A DNA stretch of 64,000 nucleotides from contig JAVKOQ020000105.1 in the NCBI GenBank assembly GCA_031835245.2, forward strand, positions 1 to 64,000, given 5' to 3'. Source of the DNA: Balamuthia mandrillaris (Eukaryota). A program made the position numbers and the translations under genes. Within the stretch, counting starts at the first letter, position 1; every line of letters begins with the position of its first letter. Positions 49,106 through 60,360 of this stretch are shown in pieces. The notes under the pieces are model-generated. The model was given only the letters and a program-made list of their open reading frames with translations. It did no database searches and was not told the origin of the DNA.

Positions 49106-51011
49106 TTAATAAGCCTTCTATCAAGCAAGCGAAGCGAGCAAATTACCTGTCCAATAAACCATGAGCAGCCGTTTGGTCAAGCAACTTTTTAGCCAGTTGT
49201 TCCAATTCTGGGCGGTCTAACTTGCCTTGCAGGATTAACCGCTTGAAAGGGACAGCCTTGCTGTTTGGTAGTTGGGCAATTTGAGAAGTCCACTGGCAAG
49301 GAAACGTGTAAAAACCCGCAGGTCGCGTCTTGAGCTCGCGTTGCTTTAGATCGATACGAAAAGACTCACCATAGCAGTCAAAGCATAGCTGAAGCGCTTC
49401 TTGTTGAGAGAGAGAATCTAGAAGCTCTTCCAGCGGCATCCATTCGCTTTTTGCGCTCCTCCTGTTTGTGTAATGTGCTGAAGGTAGATCGTTGGAAGCG
49501 CTATCTGCCCTCCATTCCAGTTCGTAGGTAGTATAACCAGCTTTGGTGAATATGTCTTCGTCATCATAATCGTCGTCATCTTCGTTTTGTTCTTCTTCTC
49601 TGTCAATTAGTAGCTCTGCCTCTTCTTCCTCGTCCTCATCTTCCATTCTGTTGTGCCGTCGTTCCACCACGTTAAGCTTGTACAGTCCATCCATCCTTAG
49701 TCCAATTTCTCGCAACTGGATGACCTCAGTCCCTGCAGAATAGGATTGCTCCACGAGTACTTCGGGGGTTTTGACGGTTACGTACTGGATACCAGAGGAG
49801 GTAATCCTGTCGAAAATGTCCTCGATGCTATAGTCAATGTCTCTGCGTTTCCTCTCGGCCTGTATGTTGATAAATCGCTCCAAGTGGTTGTAGATGTGAC
49901 TACAGTACTTCAAAAAGTCGCTGACGTCGCTGCATGGATAGGGACAATGAAGCTTTTGTGCTACCGCCAACACTTCCGCCACGGTAAGATCTTTAAGTTC
50001 CACAAAGTTAATGTCCTCCTCGTCCGCGCTTGCTGGCTTCCATTCTGCCGTTCGCCTAGCAGAACGAAGAAGTTCTTCAGGAATGTGTTGCAAGTTGCTG
50101 CGTTCCTTCCTACGCAATGCCTCTCTTTGAATGAGAATATCCAATAGCCTCTCCGCATCGGAGCGCAGCCTAGCCTCATCCGTCTCATACTCTTCCCTCC
50201 AAAGACTGGCTCTGGCGTGCGTGTAGGCGCGGTTCTCGTTCTGGAAGATGGCTTTCAGGAGGGCTAGGTTCTCAGAATGAACGTGAGAACGTGAGTACCC
50301 GAGCTTTCTGCCGCAAAAGTTTTCAATCTCGTTGGTTTCGTTGCCTCTCCGCTGGTCAAGCACGCGAAGGTCGTTGAACACGGCCAACAGCTCGTCCAGC
50401 ACCTCCATGACCTGTCTCTCCGGACTGCTCTCCTCCAGTCGCGTGGCAATAAAGTCGTCCAACAACTTAAACACACGAGACACCTCCCTCAACGCATGAC
50501 GGAGAGAACGAGAGGAGGAGGTGGAAGAGGAGGACGACGTTAAAGCCGTCCAGTCCTCCACGTTCTTCTTGCCAAGGAGAATGGCGACAGAAGCCTCCGC
50601 CTGCTCCGCGGGTTTGTCCTTCCTGGCAAAGTACTTCCTGGCTTGGGCCAAGCTGGCCAGGTCGAAGGACTTGGAGAGCCGGCCGAGGCGGATCACCCGC
50701 TGCAGGCGTACGAAGCACTGCTGCACGCTGCCGCTGCTGTTGAATCCTAGGTCGCTGAGCAAGCGCTCACAGGCCGCTGGCGTGAGGCTGAACAGGTCGA
50801 TCTCTGCGTAGGGATTTTCTTCGTCTTCATCTGCAGCCTCTGGTTCTCCATCTTCTGCTTTTTGTTTGGCTTTCTCAGCGTCTGTGTCGATTATTTTTTT
50901 TAATTTTTAAAAAAATGGTCCATCAGTTCATCCCGTTTGTTAACACCAAACACATTTTTAAAAAAAAGAACCTAGAGAATGCTGAGGTCGGCCGTGAATA
51001 GTCCTCCTCAT
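38073..51011 (-). CDS. Giant AAA+ P-loop protein B (roughly 3,700 aa), full-length paralog of protein A lacking the GATase-like and vWA tail
   Basis: Colinear motifs shared with A include LREIGLRMDGLYK, TGNLSAIDL, NELNW..EWQLFPH, LAWFWAVG, VQGLSVIEDLLLKWFCE, TDTSFNFAENRDRCN, SPPGAG|KT, LLVADEYHMLSKEHK, WLKVVLIGNR, GDYTDLEWMA and AAWFLFRNQ. Stop at 38073. The start at 51011 is tentative: a short first exon MRRTIHGRPQHSL splices in phase to the exon at ~50882. Confidence 0.82.
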
Positions 51012-51424
51012 GGCCAGCTTTCCTTGCCTGAGTTTCCCGCTACTTCAAAGTTTTCACGGGGTCTTCGTGTTTTGCGCTACTGCTCCCCCACAAAGACGTC
51101 TCGTCGGGTCCCGTGCGCTTTATTTTTCTTTTGCTGTCTTTATTACGGACCCCCCAAACCCTCTCACACTTGGAAAACCCAAACAATAAAAAAAAAGAAC
51201 CTCACCCAAGTGCTCTGGCTGGGATGGAGCGGAGAGGCAGGACGGAGGAATCGAATGTATCAATCACACAATGACCATTTCTTCTTGGTCACGTTTTTCT
51301 TTTGGTGGTCATTCACGTCGACACGCGAATTTTGCTTGTCGACATAAATATCCATGACGACATGGAATTTGAATCGTGTCGGCAGGAAAATTAAGAAAAA
51401 GAGAAAGAGAAAAAGGAGACAAGG

Positions 51425-52250
51425 ATGAGAGGGGCGGTGGCGTTTTATAGGCAGATGCTGCACGAACGGCCGGTGCTCACCAACGGCCTCACCGCAGCAG
51501 CTCTGATGTCGGTGGGTGACGTTATAGCCCAAACCGTACGTCTCCGCAACCACACCACGTCTTCTCCTGCTCTTATTGCCTCTCCGGCTCCTTCTTCTCG
51601 CCTTGGCAGTCGGTTTGATGCGCAAAGAAACATGGTGATGACCAGCTGGGGTGGTTTTTTCTTCGGTATGTCTTACACTTCCGCTACTAGGTTCCCTTCT
51701 TCTTGCTTCTTTTCTCCGTTCTCTTACAACAAACGCACAAGGTCCCACCTTTTACTATTGGTTTCGGTTCCTGGACCGCAAGCTGCCCGCCAAAGGGCTC
51801 AAAGTGGTCCTGCTCAAAGTCAGTCTCACCGCCACCCTGATAGCTCCTCCCTTCAACGCCCTCTTCTTCGCCTGGACCACCACCATGGAGCATCTCTGCG
51901 CGGCAGCCACGACCACCACACCGAGTCAACACAAGCCAACCCCCAGCCAAAGGGGCCGACTCATCCTTCGCGACATTTTTGACCGGTGGCGGAACGACTT
52001 GGGGCGGGTGTGCGTGAACAGCGCGGGGCTTTGGGGCGTGGCCAACACTTTGAACTGGTGCCTGTTGCCGAACCACATGAGGACGGCGTTTTCCTCGGTG
52101 GTCAGCGTGGCGTGGAATGCCTACCTCTCTTTGGTTCAACATAGGAAACACCTTCATGTTGGGTCCCAACCAGGTTCTGCTTCTTCTTCTGCTTCAGCCC
52201 CAGCTCCTGCTTCAACGTCTTCTCTTGCTGCTTCTAGTTCTTCTTCTTAG
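51425..52250 (+). CDS. Mpv17/PMP22 family membrane protein (2 exons)
   Basis: Y..ML..RPVLT..LT...LMSVGDVIAQ, FDAQR, G|PTFYYWFRFLD, KV......AP, W..ANTLNW..LP..MR..F...VSVAWNAYLS. Intron ~51666-51741. Confidence 0.93.
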
Positions 52251-52443
52251 CCAGCTGCTTCAATTCACCCTTCCTCTACACGAGAGAACACTTTCTTAGA
52301 GCACTTCCTTGCTGTTGGTGCTGTCTCCACGTGAAGTAACAACCGCTATGATTGGCCGTATGTTAAAAGGAAAAACCTCTTCGTCAAAGATCACCAGCCT
52401 GCCACCGTGGACTATGTTGTTCGACAACATTGCATAACAAAGA

Positions 52444-52490
<47 letters not shown>

Positions 52491-52516
52491 GATTGTACAT
52501 TCGCAAAGGAGGTTTG

Positions 52517-53807
52517 TTAAATGCCAATAGAGGATACGCCAGTGCGGCGTCCATTTTCGGCATCAGTGTCATCAAACTCTTCTTCAGGTTCTTCATCTTC
52601 ATCTGGAAGAACGATCTTCGCCAACATGGCCATTTCCTTCCGTTCTTTGTTGCTCAGCCTTGACTTGTTTCTATTTTTCATGTGACAGCCAGTAAATATA
52701 CATAACATGAGAAAGTTGAACGATAACAAACCTGAGTTGATCTAACCGCTCTTTAGGCGTTATTTCGTCTCCTTTCTTCTTGTTGCCTTGTTTGCGTTTC
52801 TCGGCGAGAGCTTGTCGTTGTCTTTGCCACTTTGCGCTGCCTTTCTTGTCTCCTTCACCTTTGCCTCCTTTTCCTCCCCCTCCTCCTCCTTGTTGCTGTT
52901 GTTGTTCCACAGCAGAATGTTGGTATTCGTGTTCATCCACTTTGCTTTGTGTTGGTGGAGACGATTGTGGATGTCCTCGTGTTTTTCGTTTCTGTTTGTG
53001 AGATATAGCCACAGGCTGTGTTTGTTGTTGTGAGGTATTGTGGCGCTGCGAAATGATACGTTCTTCCTCTTCCATTAATCGCCTTATGATATGATGAGCT
53101 ATTAGCGGTGTGGACAAGCGAGAAAGAGAGAAAGGATCTAATACCGAGCTAGTGCTTCATCAGCCATGAGCTGTGCAATCAGTCTCTGGCTGGCTGCTTC
53201 TTCCTCTTCTATTTCTTGTCTGCGGCGTGCTGCATCATCATAAGCGTCGTCAATTGAAGCTTTTTTTTGTTGCCTTGATTCCTCCATAGTGGCGGAAGTC
53301 GTTGACGGACGATTCTTTCTTGCCGCTCTCTCTTCCTCCGCCAACAATTGTGCGATAAGAGTATTGCAAGCTTCTTCTTCTTCTTCTCTTTTTCTTTGCC
53401 TTTCTTTTTCTTCGTCTTCTTTGTTTCCATTTTCAGATGTACATGTTGATGGTGGCATTTTGTTATCCGTATTGTTAATGTTTTGTGTGTCGCTTTGTGG
53501 TTGCTTTGACAACATTTGAGCGTAGTACTGTTGAATGTCATCTTGAGAAGGAAGGATTACGTCGCTTTCTTCTTTCTCCTTTTCTTTTTCGTCTACTTTT
53601 CCCTTTCCTTTGGAATGTGTTGAACGTTCTTCATCTGATTCCTCCTCTTCCTCGTCCTCGTCCTCTTCCTCTTCTTCCTCTTCATCCGCTTCCGCTTCAA
53701 GTCTACGATCTCTTTCTTCCTTCTTTCTATCAAGCTCTTCCAAAAACTTTTCAGTTCGAAGGTCTGTTAGAGTAGATAAGTAAGCAATTCCCTTTTGTTT
53801 ACAAAAA

Positions 53808-53842
<35 letters not shown>

Positions 53843-55133
53843 AGAAGTACAAACATGAACTATCATCCATAGGAGGCATCTTTCCCAAAATTATGGCGAT
53901 TGTTTTGCTCATATCTCCATCGCACTCCAAATAGTACGTCTGACGAACTAGTTTGATATCTGTACAACATGTGCTTTCAATAATAATTCGCTCATTCTCG
54001 GTTGGAAACTGGATAGTTTCTTCTTCCTCTTCGTTTTTAGAATCTTTGCTACTACCTCCTCCTCTTGATGGCTCATCTTCATAATTCATTGTACGTTGAA
54101 AGAATAAGCAACTGTGAGCGAACAGAACTGAAGAGACAAGATAAAAGCACAGACAAAAGGGAAATAAAAATAGAAATAAACCGTATGACACGAAAGAGAC
54201 AAGAGAAAGAGTATGAAATCGGAACGAGAGGAAAAAAAAAAACAAACCAAAAGAGAGTTCAATAGGCGAGGGGAGGCCCACATCCGAATCTCCAATCTTT
54301 CTCACGCTGGAAAAGTGATTGCCATTGTGATAGGACAGGTGAATGGTGCGATTGCCTGGAAACGGTCGTATCTGCCATAGCGGTTGGTTGTGTTGGTGGA
54401 TGGTGATGTTGATCTGATACAGCTGTGCGGCGGCTTGAATTTCTATATTGCCTCCCCATGTCCTATCTTTCTTCATGTTTCGTATGTGCTGCATTGTTCA
54501 GGTATAAGTGATAAAGAACAAGAACAAGAACGAAGAAAGAAGAAAGAGAAGAAGGAAAAAAAAAGAAGGACGAATGATGAATGAAGACTGAAGAATGCAG
54601 AAGAGAAGAGGTACAGTATCAAAAGGAATGTCGTCTTCAATGAACGGCTCAAAGTCATCGCGATGGTTTTCCACGTAACGAACGATTCCAAGCCGATATT
54701 TCATGTGTGCTTCGTTGTTGCCTTCGATTTGATCTGCTATTGCTCTTCACGTTGGGCCGTAAGCAAAGAAAAGAAAAGAAAACGAAGAAGAGAACGATGA
54801 AGAGAACGATGAAGAAACGATGAAGAGAACGATGAAGAAAACTAAAGTACCGAAAGAGACAGTTGCCATCACCGGACACGTCTTTAATGCGAAGCCCCAA
54901 GGAGTGCAGTTGCGTTGAAAAGTTACTAAACGCTCTGTTCCAACCTTCATCCTGCTCAACCATCAGACGAAAAGAAGAAAGGGAAGAAAGGGAAGAAAGA
55001 AACATACGCCCCAACGATTCTTGGACTCTTTTTGTTTGAAGCGGGCCTTACGAGCTCTCCGCTTCTGCGCGATCTCCCTGCGTTGCAGGTTTTGCATCTT
55101 TTTGATGCTCTGCTTCTTCTTTGGTTTTCCCAT
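52517..55133 (-). CDS. OTU-domain deubiquitinase (OTUD3-like) with UBA/CUE-like and UIM-like C-terminal segments
   Basis: ATG at 55133 (MGKPKKK). Cys box GDGNCLFRAIADQ, DDFEPFIEDD, WGGNIEIQA, His box IHLSYHNGNHFSSVR. Later EEEEEACNTLIAQLLAEEE and EEEEAASQRLIAQLMADE. Stop at 52517. Confidence 0.92.
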
Positions 55134-55527
55134 TGTCTTCTTGCAAAGATGGTGCGTCCTTAAACGTTGGGTGTGGTTTGAAAGAGGCAAAAGACGAAGA
55201 ACAGAAAAAAAGTGAAGAAGAAGAAAGAAGGAGAAGAGAGACGAAGAAAAATCTTTTTTATTTCTTTCTTTTGATTTTTTGTTCACGTAACGATCAACAC
55301 TCTAAGATCAAAAATCCCTTCAACCATTCGGAAATCAAAAAGTATCTAATGATCGTCTACAAATATTAAAATTTGAACTAAGATCAAATCGAAAATCAAC
55401 CAATATGAAATCATAAAATGAGATTAATCTTGATTTGGGTGAAATTTCAATGAAACTGGAAACTTGGAAAATCATCAAAAAAAAAAGAAAAGTGGAGAAA
55501 GAAATCAAATCTGAGAGATTAACAACG

Positions 55528-57935
55528 ATGTCTTCGCTGGAGGCACACTCTTGGGAGGATCTGTTGGTGGACACGTTCTTGGGATTGGTGCTCGCTGCTG
55601 AGCTCTTGGTGGTGGCGGTCTACTGTCTGCCCGCCTCTCGCTTCAAACACGGCTTGGTCCAATGGAGCGCTGTCTCCCCGCTCATCCGCTTCCTGCAGTA
55701 CAAGTTCACTCCCTTTCTCTTCCTCCTCGCCTGCCTCTGCCTTCGTCAGCTCGTCCTGCTCCTCTTTCATTTTTCGTCTTCCTCCCCTCCTCCTCTTCCT
55801 CCTCCTCCTTCCTTCTCTTTGCCTCTTTCTCCCTCCATCGATCCCGCTTCCTGCCTTTTGTCATCCTCGTCTTCTCCCTTTCACGAAGGAGAAACTCTGT
55901 GGTGGCAAAGGGAGGAGGCCCTGCTGGCCTGTCATCGACGCCTGTACTTGGGCTGCTTTGCCTTTGTGCTGAAGCTCGTCATCAACCGGTGGTACTACTT
56001 GGTGAGGGACAACGCGGATGCCGCCATACTCTTTGAGCAGAGCGCCAAGGAGAGGGATAGAAGAAGGCTCATACACGAGTTTCAACCGCCTCCACTCAAG
56101 GCTATGAGTGGCATGCTACAGGTTAACTCTCTTTTCTCCTTTCTTTTGTTATGTTCTTGTTCTTCTCTTCTTCTTCTCCTTCTACTCTTTCTTCCTCTTC
56201 TTCTTCTTGTTGTTCTTCCTCTTCTTGTTCTTGTTCTTCTTCTTCTTCTTCTTCTTCTTCTTCTTCTTCTTCTTCTTTGCCTCTCTTCTTCCTATTTCTT
56301 CTATACTGCTGTTGCTATTCTGTGCTTTCTGCCCTCTTCTCTCACCCTGTTTCTCAATCTCTTTTTCTTCACCACCCTTCCTCTCCTTCTCCATTTTTTA
56401 CTTCTCTTTTGGCATTCTCTCATTCTCGTTCTGCACCGTTACAACAACCGCTTAGATGTACAAGTGGTTGGTGAATCCTATGTTCTTAGGTTTAGATAAC
56501 ATTCCATCTGATAAACCAATCCTCTTTGTGGGAAACCATGCGCTCTTGGTTTGTTCTCTCTTTCCTGTATTCGTTATGATAAGCTACTTCGTTCTTGAAC
56601 ACTGAACAAAAAAAATCTCATTAAGGCATTTGAGGTCCCGCTTCTCATCCACAAGCTGTATAAAGATAAGAACATGTTCGTGCGAGCTTTGGGAGATCAT
56701 GTGCACTTTTTTCTGCCTGTATGGGGAGACTTACTGAAACACTTTGGAGTTGTAGACGGCACAAGAGAGATTTGCGCAGAGTTAATGCGCTCAAGGTAGT
56801 GTTCTTCTTCTTCTTTGTTTTCTCCTTCAACTTCTCCCTTTTGTGCTGCTAACATCTTCTGAAAAGACAACAAATACTGGTGTATCCAGGAGGAGCAAGA
56901 GAAGTATTCAAAACGAGGAAAGACAAAAAATACGAATTAATGTGGAAAGGTGAAGTCTTTGCCCAATCCAACTCTTTTCTTCTCCCTCTCTTTCTTTCTC
57001 TTACTCCCTACCAACACCATAAATACAAAAAATAAAAATACAGATAGAATAGGGTTCGCCAAGATGGCCATCCGCTATGGTTACACCATCGTTCCTGTTT
57101 GTTCGGTTGGCACGGAGGACATGTTGGACGTCATCTACGATCTACCGATGGTTTGGTTTTCGATTTTCTTCACATTGTTGCTCTCCTTTTCATTGTTTTG
57201 CTTGTTCTTCTCTTCTTTGTCCTTCTTCGTTCTTCATCCTTCATTCCTTGTTCTTCTCATCAAATGGATGTTTCTCCTTCCTCTCACTCCTCATGAACGA
57301 AGGGATGGATATTCGGTCGCAACTTGCGGTTGCCGGTAGTAAAACCTCCTTCTCCAAAGAAGCTGCAACGGATATACATCTCCTTTGGCAAACCCATATC
57401 CACCGCTGGATTCGAAGGAGACGACAGCTTGGAGAACTGTCAAGAGATCCGCGACTTGACCAAGCATACCATTGAGGAAGGCATCAAATATTTGCAGGTT
57501 CGCTTCTTTCTATTACCCTCTTTATCTCTCTTCTTCTTTGCTGTTCGTCTCTCTACTCTTATCTGTTCTCCTTCTTTCTCGCTGATCATTCTCGTTGGAT
57601 GTACATAGGAAGTGCAAGAAAAAGATCCAGATAGGTTGACAACACAAAGACTGGCGGAGAACATACGTAAACTGACGAACGTCTACTGGAGACGAAAGAG
57701 CAGTCTCACCACCAGTTCCACCGACGAAACCAACGAGAAGGAGGAACGACGTCACCGTCACCCTCGTCCGCCTCCTCCATCTCCGTCTCTCCCAAGCATT
57801 GGCGAGGAACAAGAAGAACCGGAAACGGAGCCGCAGGAAAGCTCGACGGAGGCCTTACCTCCCTCTTCTCCTCTCCCTTTTTCTCCTCACCACCCCTCGG
57901 CGATGCATCACGAGCAAAGTCACCTGAGCGAATGA
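55528..57935 (+). CDS. PlsC/LPLAT-superfamily acyltransferase (TMEM68/DGAT2-like) with an N-terminal Bap31-like transmembrane region
   Basis: GLDNIP..PILFVGNH, VRALGDHVHF, LVYPGGARE, RIGFAKMAIRYGYTIVP, YISFGKPI and QEKDP. The N-terminal exon has AELLVVAVYCLP and RRLYLGCFAFVLKLVINR. Confidence 0.88.
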
Positions 57936-58067
57936 AGTTCAGTTAAAAAAAAAAGGCGCATTACCACAATAAAAGAGTGGAAGGAGTTGCTTCGTGTAGT
58001 AAGGTTTTTTGTCGGATATTTCATCCAACGAGAAAAGAACGAGAAGAGAAGCAAAGAGAAAGAAGGA

Positions 58068-58198
58068 GGCCCTTTGGTGTAATTGGTATCACGCCCCGCA
58101 TTCTTTGTTGTTTCATTTAAAATGATAGAGATGACATGAATTAAAACTATTTCGCCACGTACTCGGGGAGGTCCCTGTTCGACTCCAGGGAAGGGCCC
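58068..58198 (+). tRNA. tRNA-like gene (Val-like body) with a 65-nt segment in place of the anticodon loop; identity unresolved, possibly a pseudogene
   Basis: Acceptor stem GGCCCTT/AAGGGCC. A-box TGGTGTAATTGGTATCAC with T8, A14, G18G19. Anticodon stem CCCCG (58094-58098)/CGGGG (58164-58168). T arm CCCTG-TTCGACTC-CAGGG. Oligo-T run ~20 nt downstream. Confidence 0.7.
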
Positions 58199-58448
58199 AA
58201 TATCACTCATACTCTTCTTTTTTTTTCTCCCTTGTTTCGTCTTGATCTTCTTCTTGTTCTTCTTCTTCTTCTTCTTCTTCTTCTTCTTCTTCTTTCTGTC
58301 TCTGAGAGCAACTCAAATAATAGGTTGGAGAAAAACTATATAATAGCTTCGATATTTTTTCTTTCAATAACACACCAATTTTCTTCCAACTTTCTCTACA
58401 AAAAATAAAAAGTAGAAAAATAATAAAATTAAAAATAACAAGCACACC

Positions 58449-59195
58449 ATGAACAGACTCGCACAAGCGGTGTTGCGTGGCACCACTGCCACCCCTCCTG
58501 CTCTCCTTCGCAACAGCAGAGCAGTGACCGCTTCCAACTTTGGCTCGAACTCCTTCTTCTTCCCCACAAGTCAGCACCACCACTTTTCTGCTTCTTCTTT
58601 TTCCCCTCAACAACAAACAGAAGAGAAGGAGAAGAAGAAGGAGAACAAGGATAAGGCTGACGAAGGGGTGGAAGAAGAAACCGAACCCATCCTGTATGCA
58701 GAGGATCCACAAGAGACGGCCAGCAAGGGAAGAGGCTACGGCGACCCTCCCCCAAAAACGAAGCAAGCTGATACCAAAGAAGACAATGAAAGAGGAAAAG
58801 AAAAGAAGGAAAAGGAGAAAGACAAACCAAAGGAAGCAAAGGAGAAAGAAAAGAAAGAAGCAAAGGAGAAGAAAGAAGCAAAGGAAAGGCAGAATGAAGG
58901 AAAGGAGAAAGAAAAGAAAGAGGCGAAAGAGAGAGAGAAGAAGGAAAAGAAAGAACAAAAAGATAGAGAGAAGAAAGCGGCCAAAGAGAAGGAAAAGCAA
59001 GAGAAGAAAGAGAGGAAAGAGAAGGGCAAGGAGAAAGTGGGAAAATATGTGAAGGGCGAGGATCAAGGCGTTCAAGTGAGCGTTACCGGTCAGAGCAGAA
59101 CGATGACCATGCAGGAAGTCGGTGTGGACGAAGCACAAAAGGAGAAGCAGAGGCAGGAAGACATCGCCAAAGCCAAAGAGCTCAATGCCGAATAG
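58449..59195 (+). CDS. Hypothetical K/E-rich hydrophilic protein with a probable mitochondrial presequence (248 aa, single exon)
   Basis: AAAAATAACAAGCACACCATG start context. R/S/A-rich N-terminus without acidic residues, repeated KEKKEAKE, and non-repetitive flanks that stay open. Confidence 0.7.
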   Translation: MNRLAQAVLRGTTATPPALLRNSRAVTASNFGSNSFFFPTSQHHHFSASSFSPQQQTEEKEKKKENKDKADEGVEEETEPILYAEDPQETASKGRGYGDPPPKTKQADTKEDNERGKEKKEKEKDKPKEAKEKEKKEAKEKKEAKERQNEGKEKEKKEAKEREKKEKKEQKDREKKAAKEKEKQEKKERKEKGKEKVGKYVKGEDQGVQVSVTGQSRTMTMQEVGVDEAQKEKQRQEDIAKAKELNAE

Positions 59196-59455
59196 AATTT
59201 TTTTTAAAAAAAAGGATCGCTGAGAGAAGTGAATATGTACATACGAACCTGTTTGGATTGTTAAAGAATGCTCTTTTCTTTCCATTCGTCTTATTCTTCT
59301 GCTTGTTCTTCTTCTTCTTCGTGTTCTTCTTTCGGCTTCTTCTTCTTCTTCTTCTTCTTCTTCTTCTTCTTCTTTCGGCTTGTGCTTCTTCTTCTTGTTC
59401 TTGTTTCCTCTTCCTCTGCTTGTTATCTTCTTTTTTTTCCCCTCTTCATTTCGTT

Positions 59456-60317
59456 TCATGCTCTAAAGGCCGCTTCGAGACGTTTCGTGACAAGGCTATT
59501 CGGACGTGCTGCTTTTCTTGCAGCCAACAACTGCACAGCCACTCGTTCCATTCTCTCCATCAGTTCTCTTTCTCCTTCTCGTCTTCCAAGGTCCTTCTGT
59601 TGGTGCTGGTGCGGTTGTCGTTCTTCTTTCAATGCAGCCGCAATCGAACGAAGAAGCAACTGCCAAAAGACGTCCCTCTGAGCGTGACTCCCTCCAATGA
59701 GCAAAATGTTGCTTTTATCGTTTACTTTTTGAAGATCGGTCGCTTCTAAAATGGGGAGAAAGCTCTCCATTACTGCTCTAAAGTGGCCATCGTGATAATG
59801 CAAGAAAGCTTTGCAAAGAGGGATGCCCACTTGACTAGTTACTTTGAAGTTAGTTCGTTGAGGATTGTTGTTGATGGAATTGTTGTTGTTGACCCAGTTG
59901 TGAAGAGAGTTGAGTAAGTGGGAACTGATGTCTTTACGATGAGCTCCTCCTGCGGTCATCGCCAAGTGAACATCGTTAAATGCCTTTTTTTTTTTCCGTT
60001 ATTGTTACTGAAACAAGAAGAAGAAGAGAGAAAAAAAAAACGAAAAGAATAATTTTAGTACCAACAAATGATCTTCAACATGAGGTTCCCAAAGAGGTAA
60101 TATTTCTTCCCATCTCTTTCCGACATCAACGCCTGAAAGGCAAGAAATCAACACCCGCAAAGTGAAGAGAAGATTTGAAGAAGATATGAATTATACCTTC
60201 CATCGTCAAACGTTGAAGGAGAGAAGCGACGTCTACTAAATCTAACATGCTACCAGACGTTGCCATCTTGCTAATGCGGTCATCATAGAGATGAATTGCC
60301 TATAATGAAGAGGACTC

Positions 60318-60360
<43 letters not shown>

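Noticed and set aside
56122..56430. Very long hydrophobic transmembrane stretch in ORF 55435-56499
   Set aside because: It follows a GT donor and is a (CTT)-rich intron read through by the ORF finder.
58203..59459. 418-aa Phe/Leu-rich minus-strand ORF
   Set aside because: It is the antisense shadow of the purine-rich K/E gene plus flanking microsatellites.
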